A stretch of 64,000 nucleotides of DNA from an uncultured Pelagibacteraceae bacterium (GCA_902516395.1 CABXYN010000003.1:13355-77354); one strand, 5' to 3'. Shown: positions 28,310 through 38,656, counted from the first letter of the stretch. Notes: generated by a model from the letters alone, not told the origin. Numbers and translations are program-made.

Positions 28310-29728
28310 ATGCTTGAAAATAAATCAGTTAAAGAAATTATTTCTTTAATCAAAACAAAAGAAACCTCCATTAAAGAAGTTGTTGGTTTTTATTTAGAAA
28401 GAATAAAAAAATATAACCTATCTTTAAATGCTATAGTCTCAATTAAAGACGAAGAGCAAATTATAAATGAAGCAAAAGACAAAGATGAAAACTTTGATGA
28501 AAGTAAACCATTGTTTGGTCTACCTTTGGCATCAAAAGATTTATTAGATGTAGTGGACTTTCCAACTACTTATGGTTTTCCAGGATATAAAGATTATTTT
28601 CCAAAAAAAAATTCTATTATTGTTGATCGACAATTAGATGCTGGCGGCATCATGATAGGTAAAACTAATACTGCAGAACTAGGTGTAGGTGCACATACAG
28701 CAAATAGATTATTTGGAATTACTCCAAATATTTATGGCGATACTCAATCATCAGGAGGATCGAGTGGTGGAGCCGGTGTGGCTGTTGCGGCTGAGTTACT
28801 ACCATTTGCAGATGGAACAGATATGATGGGTTCTTGCAGAACTCCAGCAGCCTATGCAAATGTTTATGGTTTTAGACCAACACCAGGACTTCTACCTGAC
28901 TATCGAACAAATGATAAAAAAAAGAATCTCCCAATTATCTCAACTCCAGGATGTCTTGCGAGAACACCACACGATATGGCAATTCTTTTAGATGTAATAG
29001 CTGGTGAACATAAAGAGGATCCAATTTCTTTTAGTTTAAATAACTCATTTAAAGATACTAATATAAGTGATCAAGAATTTTCTAAAATAAAGATAGGATG
29101 GTTATCTGACATGAATGGCAATTATCAATATGATTCTGAGTTAGTTGAAATGTGTAACAAACAATTAAGCAGTCTTGAAAAAAATAAAGTTATAATTGAA
29201 TTCTTAAAACCAAATATAGATGCTCATAAGTTATGGAATTGTTGGGGAACATTAAGAGCTAAAAGTATATATGAAGATATTATTACAATGAACATCGGTG
29301 AAATTAATCAAATGACACCACAGGCAATATGGGAATACAACAAAGGTATTAAGCTCACAGAGGAAGATGTAAAATTAGCTCTTAATTCAAGAATTGAATT
29401 ATCTAGTGATGTAAATAGTTTATTTGGTGGTTTTGATTTTTTAGCTTTACCATCTCAACAGTCATTCCCTTTTGATAAAAACTTAAGATATCCTGAAAAA
29501 ATTAATGATCAACTGATGGATACTTATCATAGATGGATAGAAATCCATATATTTGCGAGTCTTTTTTACTTACCATCGATTTCACTTCCAATTGGTTTTA
29601 ATAAAGATGGATTTCCAATTGGCATACAAATTATTGCAAAAACAAAAGAAGATTTAAAAGTTATATCTTTTGCAAAAAAATATGAGGAAATTTTTAATTT
29701 TTCAAATCATAAACCAAATCTAAATTAA
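28310..29728 (+). CDS. Amidase signature family enzyme
   Basis: KD, GKTNT.E, GGSSGG, DGTDMMGSCRTPA (Lys-cisSer-Ser triad). Confidence 0.88.
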   Translation: MLENKSVKEIISLIKTKETSIKEVVGFYLERIKKYNLSLNAIVSIKDEEQIINEAKDKDENFDESKPLFGLPLASKDLLDVVDFPTTYGFPGYKDYFPKKNSIIVDRQLDAGGIMIGKTNTAELGVGAHTANRLFGITPNIYGDTQSSGGSSGGAGVAVAAELLPFADGTDMMGSCRTPAAYANVYGFRPTPGLLPDYRTNDKKKNLPIISTPGCLARTPHDMAILLDVIAGEHKEDPISFSLNNSFKDTNISDQEFSKIKIGWLSDMNGNYQYDSELVEMCNKQLSSLEKNKVIIEFLKPNIDAHKLWNCWGTLRAKSIYEDIITMNIGEINQMTPQAIWEYNKGIKLTEEDVKLALNSRIELSSDVNSLFGGFDFLALPSQQSFPFDKNLRYPEKINDQLMDTYHRWIEIHIFASLFYLPSISLPIGFNKDGFPIGIQIIAKTKEDLKVISFAKKYEEIFNFSNHKPNLN

Positions 29729-30622
29729 ATGGTCAGACACAAACATCACTTTAAAATAGCTTTTGCATTAGCCATAGCCGCTGGATCATGGGGAGTTTAC
29801 TGGCTTCCTCAAAGAATTTTAGAGGATGGTGGTCTTACTGGAGGTTGGGGAACTATTTCTCAAATGATGATTGGTATTATATTGCTTACACCTTTCTCTT
29901 TATGGAGAAAATTTAAAGGTCGAACATCAGGATTAGAAATTCCCTTTGTTGGTTTTTTAACTGGTAGTGGTTTTATATGTTACGCTTTAAGTTTTTTATT
30001 AACAGATGTTGTTCGAGCATTGATCATGTTTTACATGATACCTATCTGGACAACCATATTTGAAATATATTTTTTAAAGAAAAGACCTGGTTTAGAAAGG
30101 GTTTTAACTCTAAGTTTAGCACTTGGAGGCTTGTGGGTTGTTTTTAGTCAATCTAATATTATACCATTACCGCAAAATGCAGGAGATTTGTTGGCGCTGG
30201 TCGGAGGTGTACTTTTTGGAGCTGGCCTAGTACGTTTAGAAATTACAAAAACAGATGGTGTTTTTCCAGTAATATTTTCATTTTTTGTTTATGGAACAAT
30301 ATTTAATATTTTTGCTGGCTTTATTTTAAAAGATTATCTAGGGCCTATGCCACCAATTGAAGCTTTTACATCAATGTTTACTTTTTTAGTTCTTATTTCA
30401 GTATTTTATTTTATTCCAACAGGGGTAGTTATCATGTGGTCACCCTCAGTTTTAGGAGCAGGTCTTTGCGCTATATTATATTTAAGCGAAGTAGTTGTTG
30501 GAGTTATATCAGCGGGGATATTAACAGACGAAACATTTGGTTGGCGAGAAGTTGTAGGAAGTACAATGATTGTTTTAGGAGGAATTTTAGCAGTAGTGCT
30601 CGCTCCAAAAGATGAAAAATAA
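29729..30622 (+). CDS. DMT/EamA family transporter
   Basis: Highly hydrophobic; WGVYWLP, FY..P.WT, SEVVVG pattern. Confidence 0.8.
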   Translation: MVRHKHHFKIAFALAIAAGSWGVYWLPQRILEDGGLTGGWGTISQMMIGIILLTPFSLWRKFKGRTSGLEIPFVGFLTGSGFICYALSFLLTDVVRALIMFYMIPIWTTIFEIYFLKKRPGLERVLTLSLALGGLWVVFSQSNIIPLPQNAGDLLALVGGVLFGAGLVRLEITKTDGVFPVIFSFFVYGTIFNIFAGFILKDYLGPMPPIEAFTSMFTFLVLISVFYFIPTGVVIMWSPSVLGAGLCAILYLSEVVVGVISAGILTDETFGWREVVGSTMIVLGGILAVVLAPKDEK

Positions 30623-31612
30623 ATGCTTTTTAAAGAAAAGTTAAAATCAAATTCAAAAATATTCTTAGACGGTGGAAATGGTTCTGAAATTGCAAAATTG
30701 GGAGGTGAAATGTCTCCTGCTTTTTCTGCCTTAGCCTCAATAATATCTCCAGAAATAGTAATTAAAGTTCATGAAAAGTTTATCGATGCTGGTTGTGATC
30801 TAATTACTGCAAATACTTTTAGTTCAACCAGACATAATCTTGAAAGTATAAATCGTGGAGCAGAAGTTAAAGAATTTATTATTCAATCATTAAAATTATC
30901 CAGACAAGCAATTATAAACAAGGGTAAAGAAAATAAAATTGGAATTGCTGGAAGTTTATCAAATTTTTTTTCTTTGAAGGAAAATGAATTTGTGCCAAAT
31001 CCTAAATACATACCTTCTTTTAAACAGGAGGAACAAAATTATAAAGAAGCTGCAAAAATTCTGAAAGAGGAAGGAGTAGATATTTTAATTTTAGAAATGT
31101 TACTTGATATTGATCATTCAAAAATTTTATTGAATGCTGCCTTAGAAACTGACTTACCAGTTTGGGTTGGATTAAGTTCTTGTATAAGCAAATTTGATAA
31201 TAGTGTTATTGGCAGAAATTTTAGTGCGGAAAAAGAAACTTCGTTAATTTATGATGAAACCAAATATAAAGAGCAACCAAAATTTATTCCTGATGATAAA
31301 ATTGTGCTATTAAATGACATTGTAAAATCCCTTACAAATATGGGAGGAGATGTTTATGGTATCATGCATACTTGGTTCGTAGATTCTTTTGAAGGACTGA
31401 GTGTAATTAAAAATAACTGGAATGGTCCGATGATGTTCTATCCCGAGATACATAAGTTTGATACAAAGTCCCATAAAGCTATTGTGACTTCTACCGAGGA
31501 AGAATTTGCTAATGAATGTGAAAAGTTAATTGATAACCAAATTCAAATTATTGGCGGATGCTGTGGTGTTACAGACAAACATCTAAAAAAATTAATTGAG
31601 AGATATTCTTAA
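30623..31612 (+). CDS. Homocysteine S-methyltransferase family protein #1
   Basis: LDGGNGSE, H..FIDAG.D.ITANTF, IIGGCCG. Confidence 0.85.
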   Translation: MLFKEKLKSNSKIFLDGGNGSEIAKLGGEMSPAFSALASIISPEIVIKVHEKFIDAGCDLITANTFSSTRHNLESINRGAEVKEFIIQSLKLSRQAIINKGKENKIGIAGSLSNFFSLKENEFVPNPKYIPSFKQEEQNYKEAAKILKEEGVDILILEMLLDIDHSKILLNAALETDLPVWVGLSSCISKFDNSVIGRNFSAEKETSLIYDETKYKEQPKFIPDDKIVLLNDIVKSLTNMGGDVYGIMHTWFVDSFEGLSVIKNNWNGPMMFYPEIHKFDTKSHKAIVTSTEEEFANECEKLIDNQIQIIGGCCGVTDKHLKKLIERYS

Positions 31613-31613
31613 T

Positions 31614-32777
31614 TTAATATTTTTTATTAACTAAATCTATCAGCATGTTTATCATATCAGTTTTATAACTTTCTTTTGTTGCTGATTTCGTCTCTAGAAC
31701 AGAAAAAAAAGCAGCTACATTTCCAGTTATAAAATTAGTTGCAAGAAACTGACCACCATACCCTGAGTGCCCAATCATGTTGCCTGAAACCATTGTAGAA
31801 TTTGAATAATATAAATATTTGTCTTTTGATAAATTCATATATTTGGGCCCTACATTATTAATGGTTTTGTTTAAAAATGATGAAGTTCCAACTTTTCTAT
31901 TCCCAACACCCGTACCTTTTCTTGCGAAAAGTAAACCCATTCGCAAAAAGTCTCTTGTAATTAAGCAACCACCTCCAGACATCCAAGGCATACCATATCT
32001 ATCTGATGCAATATATAATCCATCTTCAAATCCAGCCGCCTCAACTGCTGATAAAACCCAATCTCTTAAAGTTCTACCACTAACTTTTTCAATAATTAAT
32101 CCAACTACATCTGTATTTGCAGATTTATAAAAAGCATACGCAGAATTATTTATTAAACTTTTATTTTTAGATTTTTTAATTGTATTTAAATACTCCTCTT
32201 GGCTTAGATGATTTTTAAGATTTTTAGGTAGCCTCCATCCCCCAACAGGTTCATGCATAAAAGAAGATGAGTATGCCTTAGTATAATCTTCAGTATAAGA
32301 GTTTATAACATTCATGTTTAAGACATCTTGGATCTTTGCATTTGCATATCCACTTCCAATTTTTGGTAAATAGTAAGAAATTTTTTTATTAAGATCTATT
32401 AATTTAGTACTTACCAATTCTCCAATAAATAAATTAACGAACATTTTTGTAATGGACATAATTGTTTGAGGCTGATTTTTTTTAAAATCTTTGGCATATT
32501 TTTCAAATAATATATTTTGACGGTTACCAACAATTAATGAACAAAAAGATTTATTTTTAGTCATCTTCTTTACTAAAGGAAACTTAGCGATAGTTTTATT
32601 TGGTTTAGAGTTTAATTTTAATATTAAATCAGATCTTAAAAAAATACTGTATCTATTGATTTTATGTAAATTTCTATAACCAAACCTTCTTGTTTTAGGA
32701 AGGTTCCATGAAGCTTTATTATCTTTAAGTGTGGTTAATTCTGGATTTCTAACAGAGACTAATTTTTTTTTCTTCAA
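31614..32777 (-). CDS. Serine hydrolase, beta-lactamase class C/NylB (6-aminohexanoate-dimer hydrolase)-like
   Basis: MSITK (SxxK), FYKSANTDV, RDF.R.G, HSGYGGQ. Confidence 0.8.
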   Translation of the reverse strand: MKKKKLVSVRNPELTTLKDNKASWNLPKTRRFGYRNLHKINRYSIFLRSDLILKLNSKPNKTIAKFPLVKKMTKNKSFCSLIVGNRQNILFEKYAKDFKKNQPQTIMSITKMFVNLFIGELVSTKLIDLNKKISYYLPKIGSGYANAKIQDVLNMNVINSYTEDYTKAYSSSFMHEPVGGWRLPKNLKNHLSQEEYLNTIKKSKNKSLINNSAYAFYKSANTDVVGLIIEKVSGRTLRDWVLSAVEAAGFEDGLYIASDRYGMPWMSGGGCLITRDFLRMGLLFARKGTGVGNRKVGTSSFLNKTINNVGPKYMNLSKDKYLYYSNSTMVSGNMIGHSGYGGQFLATNFITGNVAAFFSVLETKSATKESYKTDMINMLIDLVNKKY

Positions 32778-33226
32778 TATTTTAATGATTTTTTTTGTTC
32801 GTATTTTTGGTGATAAGCTTCTGCTTTGCAGTAATTTTTTTCTTTTGATACCTTAGTTGAAACTTTTCCATCTAATTTACTGTTAACTTCGTTTAAAACT
32901 TTTTCTGCAATCTGTTTTTCTTCATCTGTGTTATAAAATATTTCTGAACGGTATTGAATTCCCACATATGTACCCTGTCGGTTTACTTGAGTTGAGTCGT
33001 GTAATTCAAAAAATAAATTGACCATGTCCTCGTATGATTTTTCTTTTTCATCATACTCAACTTTGACAACTTCTATATGTCCTGTATCTCCACCACAAAC
33101 TGCCTTGTATGTAACATTTGGCTCATCTCCACCACAGTAACCGCATTCTGTAGATACTATACCTTTGATGCCCTCATACTTTTTTTCGTCCCAAAAACAG
33201 CCAATACCGCCAATAAATGTTTTCAT
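32774..33226 (-). CDS. msrA: Peptide methionine sulfoxide reductase MsrA
   Basis: GCFW, GYCGG, Y..VC.G.TGH.EVV, RQG...G.QYRS, AE.YHQ.Y. Start moved to MKTFIGG (ATG 33226). Confidence 0.9.
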   Translation of the reverse strand: MKTFIGGIGCFWDEKKYEGIKGIVSTECGYCGGDEPNVTYKAVCGGDTGHIEVVKVEYDEKEKSYEDMVNLFFELHDSTQVNRQGTYVGIQYRSEIFYNTDEEKQIAEKVLNEVNSKLDGKVSTKVSKEKNYCKAEAYHQKYEQKKSLKY

Positions 33227-33243
33227 TATATTAAATATATACT

Positions 33244-34158
33244 TTAGTTTTTTAAAATTGAAATTGCTTTTATTTCCTCTACTCCGATCCCACAACACCC
33301 ACCAATAATCTGAGCTCCATTTTTAATCCATGACTTAACTTCATTTAAATATCCAGCTGGTGTCATATCATCTACAAATCTCCAGTGTGGTTTTTCATAA
33401 TAACCTTTATTTGGATATGCTCCTAATATTCCATCATAATTCTTCTTTGCAGTTTCAATTGCTTTTCCTGTAATATTTATATCTGAATGAGCAACTAATA
33501 TTGGACCATTATGTAATTTTTTAAAATTATTTATCGATGTCTCAAAGTTTTCATAGACATGTGTATCAGAGTCAATTGTATCATTGTATCCAAGCATTAT
33601 ATTTTTTTGATCATCCATTACACAAGATACTGATAACCAAACAGGTATATTTACTTTTGTGGAACAATTTAACATTGCTTCAACTATGTCAGCTTGTGAA
33701 GACATGGCTTCTAAAATAATTAAGTCTACTCCAGCTTCAGATAAAATTTTCAGTTGTTCATGAAAACCAGGTATCATTGCTTTAATACCAAGTTTATAAA
33801 AGTTTCCAAAAGTTGATACACTTCCAGCTAATGTAGTTTCTTTATTTGTATTTTCTATTGCTTCTCTTGCAACCTTAACACTTTTTTGATTAAATTTTTC
33901 TATAGAGTCCTCATAACCATACTGTCTCATTGATATTGGGGTAGTACTATAAGTATTAGTTGTAATTACATCGGCTCCAGCATTTATATAATCCTCATGT
34001 ACTTTTCTAACTAATTCAGGATGATCAACAGAACACTTCCCACACCACATATGCTTATCCATGTGAGCACCATTTTTTTCTAGTTCTGCGCCCATACCTC
34101 CATCTAAAATAATTATTTTATTATTTTCTAATTTTGTCTTGATTGCGTCGTATGACAT
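33244..34158 (-). CDS. Homocysteine S-methyltransferase family protein #2
   Basis: LDGGMGAEL, VHEDYINAGADVITTNTY, YPN, IIGGCCG. Confidence 0.87.
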   Translation of the reverse strand: MSYDAIKTKLENNKIIILDGGMGAELEKNGAHMDKHMWCGKCSVDHPELVRKVHEDYINAGADVITTNTYSTTPISMRQYGYEDSIEKFNQKSVKVAREAIENTNKETTLAGSVSTFGNFYKLGIKAMIPGFHEQLKILSEAGVDLIILEAMSSQADIVEAMLNCSTKVNIPVWLSVSCVMDDQKNIMLGYNDTIDSDTHVYENFETSINNFKKLHNGPILVAHSDINITGKAIETAKKNYDGILGAYPNKGYYEKPHWRFVDDMTPAGYLNEVKSWIKNGAQIIGGCCGIGVEEIKAISILKN

Positions 34159-34163
34159 AAATT

Positions 34164-34550
34164 TTATTCTCTACTATTTGTAAAGGCACAAATTTTATTT
34201 CCATCTAAATCACGAAGATAAGAATAATAAACTCCTGAGCCTTCTGGTCTTTCACCACCAGATCCCTCGCTAGTTCCACCAGATTTTAAACCTACCTCAT
34301 GAAATTTATCTACGTGAGATCTTGATTTAGTTAAAAATGTTATCTGCGTTCCATTTCCAAAGGAAGCATCTTTTTTATTGAAAGGTTTAGTGACATAAAA
34401 CTCAATATCTTTGGTACCTTTTGCTCCATATGCAGCATAATCATCTTCTATTGTCTCATTTCTATCTAAACCAATTACTTCTAAAACTTTATCGTAAAAT
34501 TTAATAGCATCATCTAAATTATTAGTGCCTACCATCACATAACCAATCAT
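34164..34550 (-). CDS. VOC (glyoxalase/bleomycin resistance) family protein
   Basis: MIGYVMVGTN.L..A..FYD, GNGT, YLRDLDGNKIC. Confidence 0.88.
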   Translation of the reverse strand: MIGYVMVGTNNLDDAIKFYDKVLEVIGLDRNETIEDDYAAYGAKGTKDIEFYVTKPFNKKDASFGNGTQITFLTKSRSHVDKFHEVGLKSGGTSEGSGGERPEGSGVYYSYLRDLDGNKICAFTNSRE

Positions 34551-34592
34551 ATAAACCCCTAAACTAATTCTGATTATAAGTTATTTAAACTA

Positions 34593-36023
34593 TTAATTCC
34601 AACCGGTAATTGCTTTAACTTCTAAAAATTCAGTGAAACCCCAGACACCACCTTCACGACCATTGCCAGATTGTTTGTAACCACCAAACGGCATTCCGGT
34701 ATCTGTTGCTTGACCATTAATATAAACTGTTCCAGCTTTTACTTTTCTAGCAACCCTTTTTGCTTTTTCTTTATCTTCAGTTTGTAGATAATTACCAAGT
34801 CCATAAGACGTATCATTTGTAATTGCTATTGCTTCTTCCTCAGTTTCAAATGGTATAATTGAAAGTACGGGTCCAAAAATTTCAGTTCTTGCAATTTTCA
34901 TATCATTATTTACATCTGAAAAAATTGTTGGTTTAACAAAATAACCTTTGTTAAGTCCATTAGGCAAATCTGGTCCACCCGCAGCTAACGTTGCACCTTC
35001 TTTAATCCCTTCATTAATAAGATTAACAACTTTATCGTATTGTACTTTTGAAACTACAGGTCCAATGTGATCACCTTTTTTAGATGCAAGATCAACTTTA
35101 ATTTTGTTTGCTTCGTCAACAGCTTCTTTAACAGCTCTTTCATAAATTGGTTTTTCAACCAACATTCTTGTTGGAGCATCACATGACTGTCCAGAGTTAC
35201 TCATTATGTTTCTTACACCATCCCTAACAGCATTAGGATATGAGTCTGCAAAAACTATATTTCCGCCTTTACCTCCCAATTCAAGAGTTACTTTTTTTAT
35301 AGTATCAGCTGCATTTTTCTGAATTAGTTTTCCAGCTCTTGTTGATCCTGTGAATGAGACCATATCAATGTCAGGATGACCAGAAATATGATTTCCAACA
35401 ACTTCACCATTTCCATTCACTAAATTAAAAACTCCAGCAGGAAAGCCAGCTTCGTCAATCATTTCAGCAAACAATACTGCTGATACAGGAGCAATTTCAG
35501 ACGGTTTTAAAATCATTGTACATCCAGCAGCTAATGCTGGAATAACTTTTAAAATAATTTGGTTCATTGGATAATTCCAAGGTGTAATTAATCCACAAAC
35601 TCCAATTGGTTCATATCTAATGTGGTTATTAGATTTAGGATCAAATTGATGTTCAAAATTAAAATTTTTTAAAATCTCAATGTTATTTCTACAAATATCA
35701 GCACCCATTTTAGTATGAGTTTCTGATGCAAAATCTAGTGGTGCACCCATTTCTTTTGATTGAGCCTCAACCATTTCGTCCCATCTTCTTTTATAAATTT
35801 CATCAAACTTTTCAAGTAGAGCTAATCTTTCTTCTTTTGTGGTTTCTCTCCAGGTTTCAAATGCAATATTTGCTGATTTAATTGCTTTATCTGCATCTTC
35901 AGCAGAGCCTAAAGATATTATTGCAAAGGCTTCCTCAGTTGAGGGATTAATTACTTCAAAGTCATTTGGATGAGCAGGTGAAACCCACTTTCCATTTATA
36001 TAAAAATTTTTCTTTTCAATCAT
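34593..36023 (-). CDS. Aldehyde dehydrogenase (CddD-like family)
   Basis: ITPWNYP, FTGSTRAG, LELGGKG, NSGQSCDAPTR, EIFGPV. Confidence 0.9.
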   Translation of the reverse strand: MIEKKNFYINGKWVSPAHPNDFEVINPSTEEAFAIISLGSAEDADKAIKSANIAFETWRETTKEERLALLEKFDEIYKRRWDEMVEAQSKEMGAPLDFASETHTKMGADICRNNIEILKNFNFEHQFDPKSNNHIRYEPIGVCGLITPWNYPMNQIILKVIPALAAGCTMILKPSEIAPVSAVLFAEMIDEAGFPAGVFNLVNGNGEVVGNHISGHPDIDMVSFTGSTRAGKLIQKNAADTIKKVTLELGGKGGNIVFADSYPNAVRDGVRNIMSNSGQSCDAPTRMLVEKPIYERAVKEAVDEANKIKVDLASKKGDHIGPVVSKVQYDKVVNLINEGIKEGATLAAGGPDLPNGLNKGYFVKPTIFSDVNNDMKIARTEIFGPVLSIIPFETEEEAIAITNDTSYGLGNYLQTEDKEKAKRVARKVKAGTVYINGQATDTGMPFGGYKQSGNGREGGVWGFTEFLEVKAITGWN

Positions 36024-36044
36024 AAGTGTACTTTAACATAAAAT

Positions 36045-36986
36045 TTAAATTTCATAACCTTTTTCTTCAGGCTCAAAATCAGTTAACTCCTCGGGAAACC
36101 CCTCAGCTCTAAAATCAATTTTATTTAAATCTTCCATTCTTTTTACTATCATTGATGACCAGGCTCTTGAGCCATATTTTTTTTGGCCATCTTTAAATAT
36201 TTCAACTATCTTAGGTGAAATTTCCAAAGGTGCATTTAATTTTTTTGCGAGTTCATCAAATAGACCTGTATCTTTTAAAACGAGGTCCATTGTAAAATTT
36301 ATATTATAAGAGCCATTTAAAATAACTTGGCTCTCAGTTTCATGTACAAATGAATTTCCTGATGACACAGCAATTCCTTTATATGTTTTTGCAAGATCTA
36401 GATTTGACTTTTTAGCTACTGTCCATGCCTCTCCAAGTGCAACAAGATGTGTAGAAGCTAAATAATTTGTAATTACTTTAAGCACAGAAGCAGTACCTAA
36501 TACTCCTGTATGTAATATTTTTCGTCCCATTACAGTTAAAGCAGGTAAAATCTTTTCAAATGCCTCCCTTTCCCCACCAACAAATATTGCTATATTTCCA
36601 GACGCTGCTCTATGGCATCCACCACTTACTGGACCATCTAAGGGTATTGCCTTTTTTTCAATTACTTTTTTCCCAATCCTTTTTACTTCTGCCTCATCAG
36701 TTGTACTCATTTCCAACCATATTTTATTTTCAGATAGACCTTCTAGTATCCCGTTTTGACCCTCCATCACTTCTGCACAAATTTTAGGAGAAGGAAGACA
36801 AGTTATTATTAAATCAACTTCCTCAGCCAGCTCTTTAGCAGAGTTTGCAATTTTAGCCCCAGAATCTTTAAACTGTTTTGTTAAATTTTTATCTAAATCT
36901 CTAACTGTTAAATTAAATCTATTCCTCAATAAACTCCCAGCTAGTTTTCCTCCAACATTTCCCAAACCAATAAATCCTACATTCAT
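36045..36986 (-). CDS. NAD(P)-dependent beta-hydroxyacid dehydrogenase (3-hydroxyisobutyrate DH family)
   Basis: GFIGLGNVG, EMST, DGPVSGG, KVITNY. Confidence 0.85.
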   Translation of the reverse strand: MNVGFIGLGNVGGKLAGSLLRNRFNLTVRDLDKNLTKQFKDSGAKIANSAKELAEEVDLIITCLPSPKICAEVMEGQNGILEGLSENKIWLEMSTTDEAEVKRIGKKVIEKKAIPLDGPVSGGCHRAASGNIAIFVGGEREAFEKILPALTVMGRKILHTGVLGTASVLKVITNYLASTHLVALGEAWTVAKKSNLDLAKTYKGIAVSSGNSFVHETESQVILNGSYNINFTMDLVLKDTGLFDELAKKLNAPLEISPKIVEIFKDGQKKYGSRAWSSMIVKRMEDLNKIDFRAEGFPEELTDFEPEEKGYEI

Positions 36987-37849
36987 TAATTTACCTCCTC
37001 TTTCTTTTTATATAATATCATTATGACACCAAATATTATTATTACTCCTCCAATAAATAATTCACTTGTTGGTTTTTCACCTAATAAAAATATTGCTGCA
37101 AGCAATCCAGTGGGTGGTATACCCATAGTCACTATTGGTAATACTTTATATAATGGATTATTTTTTAGAACATAATAAAAACAACCATAAGTAATTGGCT
37201 GCATAATAAATCCTATGTAAAATGCTATCAACCAGTGATTAAATTTAGCAGTTGATAAATATGATATAGTATCACCTTCAATTACCGAAGAAATTAAAAT
37301 TAAAGTGGGTCCAGAAAATAATGCAAGCCACGCAACTAAAGCTAAAGGATTAATTTCTTTACTCAAAGGTTTAACAATTACTTGGCCAAGTGCCCATATT
37401 GCTGAACCTAAAATTGTAAGAGTGATCCCAAATATTTTTCCATCTAAATTGGGTGAACCAGTTAAAATATAAACTCCTACAAATGCAATTCCTATCCCAA
37501 TCAAAGCTCTTAAAGTTGGTTTCTCTTTCAACATGAAAAAAGCAAATATTACCCCAAATGGAACTTCTGTTTGTACTAATAATACTGCTGCAGATGCATC
37601 AATAAAATTTAAACCAGTATAGGTAATACTGTATTGTAACGTGTTTGCTATAAACGAAGCGATAAAAATTTTTTTCAAGAAACCTTTGGGAATAGGAAAC
37701 CACCAAATTAAAATTGATGCTGCAAATATAAATCTTAATCCCATTAAAAGAATTGGAGGAAAAGATTCAAAAGCAGGTTTTGCAATTACAAAACCAAAAC
37801 CTAAAAAAATAGGAACAAGTGATGCAACTACAGTGTCTTTAAAATTCAT
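36986..37849 (-). CDS. DMT/EamA family transporter
   Basis: FPPILLMGLRF, LVQTEVPF, LKEKP, LGEKP; paralogous in style to 402-1259. Confidence 0.88.
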   Translation of the reverse strand: MNFKDTVVASLVPIFLGFGFVIAKPAFESFPPILLMGLRFIFAASILIWWFPIPKGFLKKIFIASFIANTLQYSITYTGLNFIDASAAVLLVQTEVPFGVIFAFFMLKEKPTLRALIGIGIAFVGVYILTGSPNLDGKIFGITLTILGSAIWALGQVIVKPLSKEINPLALVAWLALFSGPTLILISSVIEGDTISYLSTAKFNHWLIAFYIGFIMQPITYGCFYYVLKNNPLYKVLPIVTMGIPPTGLLAAIFLLGEKPTSELFIGGVIIIFGVIMILYKKKEEVN

Positions 37850-37909
37850 TCAATTAATTTAATATTAATGATTATTCAAGAACTTATGATATATTCACCT
37901 TTTTAAAAT

Positions 37910-38650
37910 ATGAATTCAACAAAAATAGAACCAAGATACGTAAGTAAATCAAATCCACGAGTTGGCCTTATTGCTCTTGCGAGTGATTTTATGATTGAAA
38001 GAGATTTTATAAATGTAATTAAAGATAGAGAAATTGATTTTTTTGTTAATAGAATAGAGTGCTATAATCCTTTAACCAAAGAAAATCTGATCAAAATGTC
38101 AGATAAAGTAACCAGTGTAACAAAAGATATTTTACCAGATCAAGATATTGATTGCGTTGTCTACGGATGTACCTCTGGAACTATTGCAGCAGGTTTTAAT
38201 TCTATTGAGCAAAAGGTAAAAGCAGCTAAACCAATGGCTGAAGTTACAACACCAAGTACTGCAGCTATAAAAGCATTAAAAAAGTTAAATATTAAAAAGC
38301 TTTCACTATTTACACCTTACAGCAAAAAACTTAATGATGAGGTTATGGAATATTTTAGGTCTGAAGGTTTTGAAATAACATCCAATTCATACTTTGATAT
38401 AGAAGCAGATTATGACATTGGAAAAGTAGACCAAAATTATTTGTATGATGTCTTGTCTAAAATAAATTTAAATGGAGCGGATGCATTATTTGTATCTTGT
38501 ACAGCCCTGCCAGTATTACCAATAATTGATAAACTTGAGAAAAAACTTAACACCATTGTTTTATCAAGTAATCAGGCTTTAATTTGGGATACTCTTGTCC
38601 AAATAAATAAAAATAATCTTGTAGAAGGTTTTGGTAAATTATTCAGATAA
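37910..38650 (+). CDS. Asp/Glu racemase/maleate isomerase family protein (EutA-like)
   Basis: YGCTSG and FVSCTAL two-cysteine motifs, TPY, SSNQA; directly upstream of ectoine hydrolase. Confidence 0.8.
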   Translation: MNSTKIEPRYVSKSNPRVGLIALASDFMIERDFINVIKDREIDFFVNRIECYNPLTKENLIKMSDKVTSVTKDILPDQDIDCVVYGCTSGTIAAGFNSIEQKVKAAKPMAEVTTPSTAAIKALKKLNIKKLSLFTPYSKKLNDEVMEYFRSEGFEITSNSYFDIEADYDIGKVDQNYLYDVLSKINLNGADALFVSCTALPVLPIIDKLEKKLNTIVLSSNQALIWDTLVQINKNNLVEGFGKLFR

Positions 38651-38656
38651 AAATTT

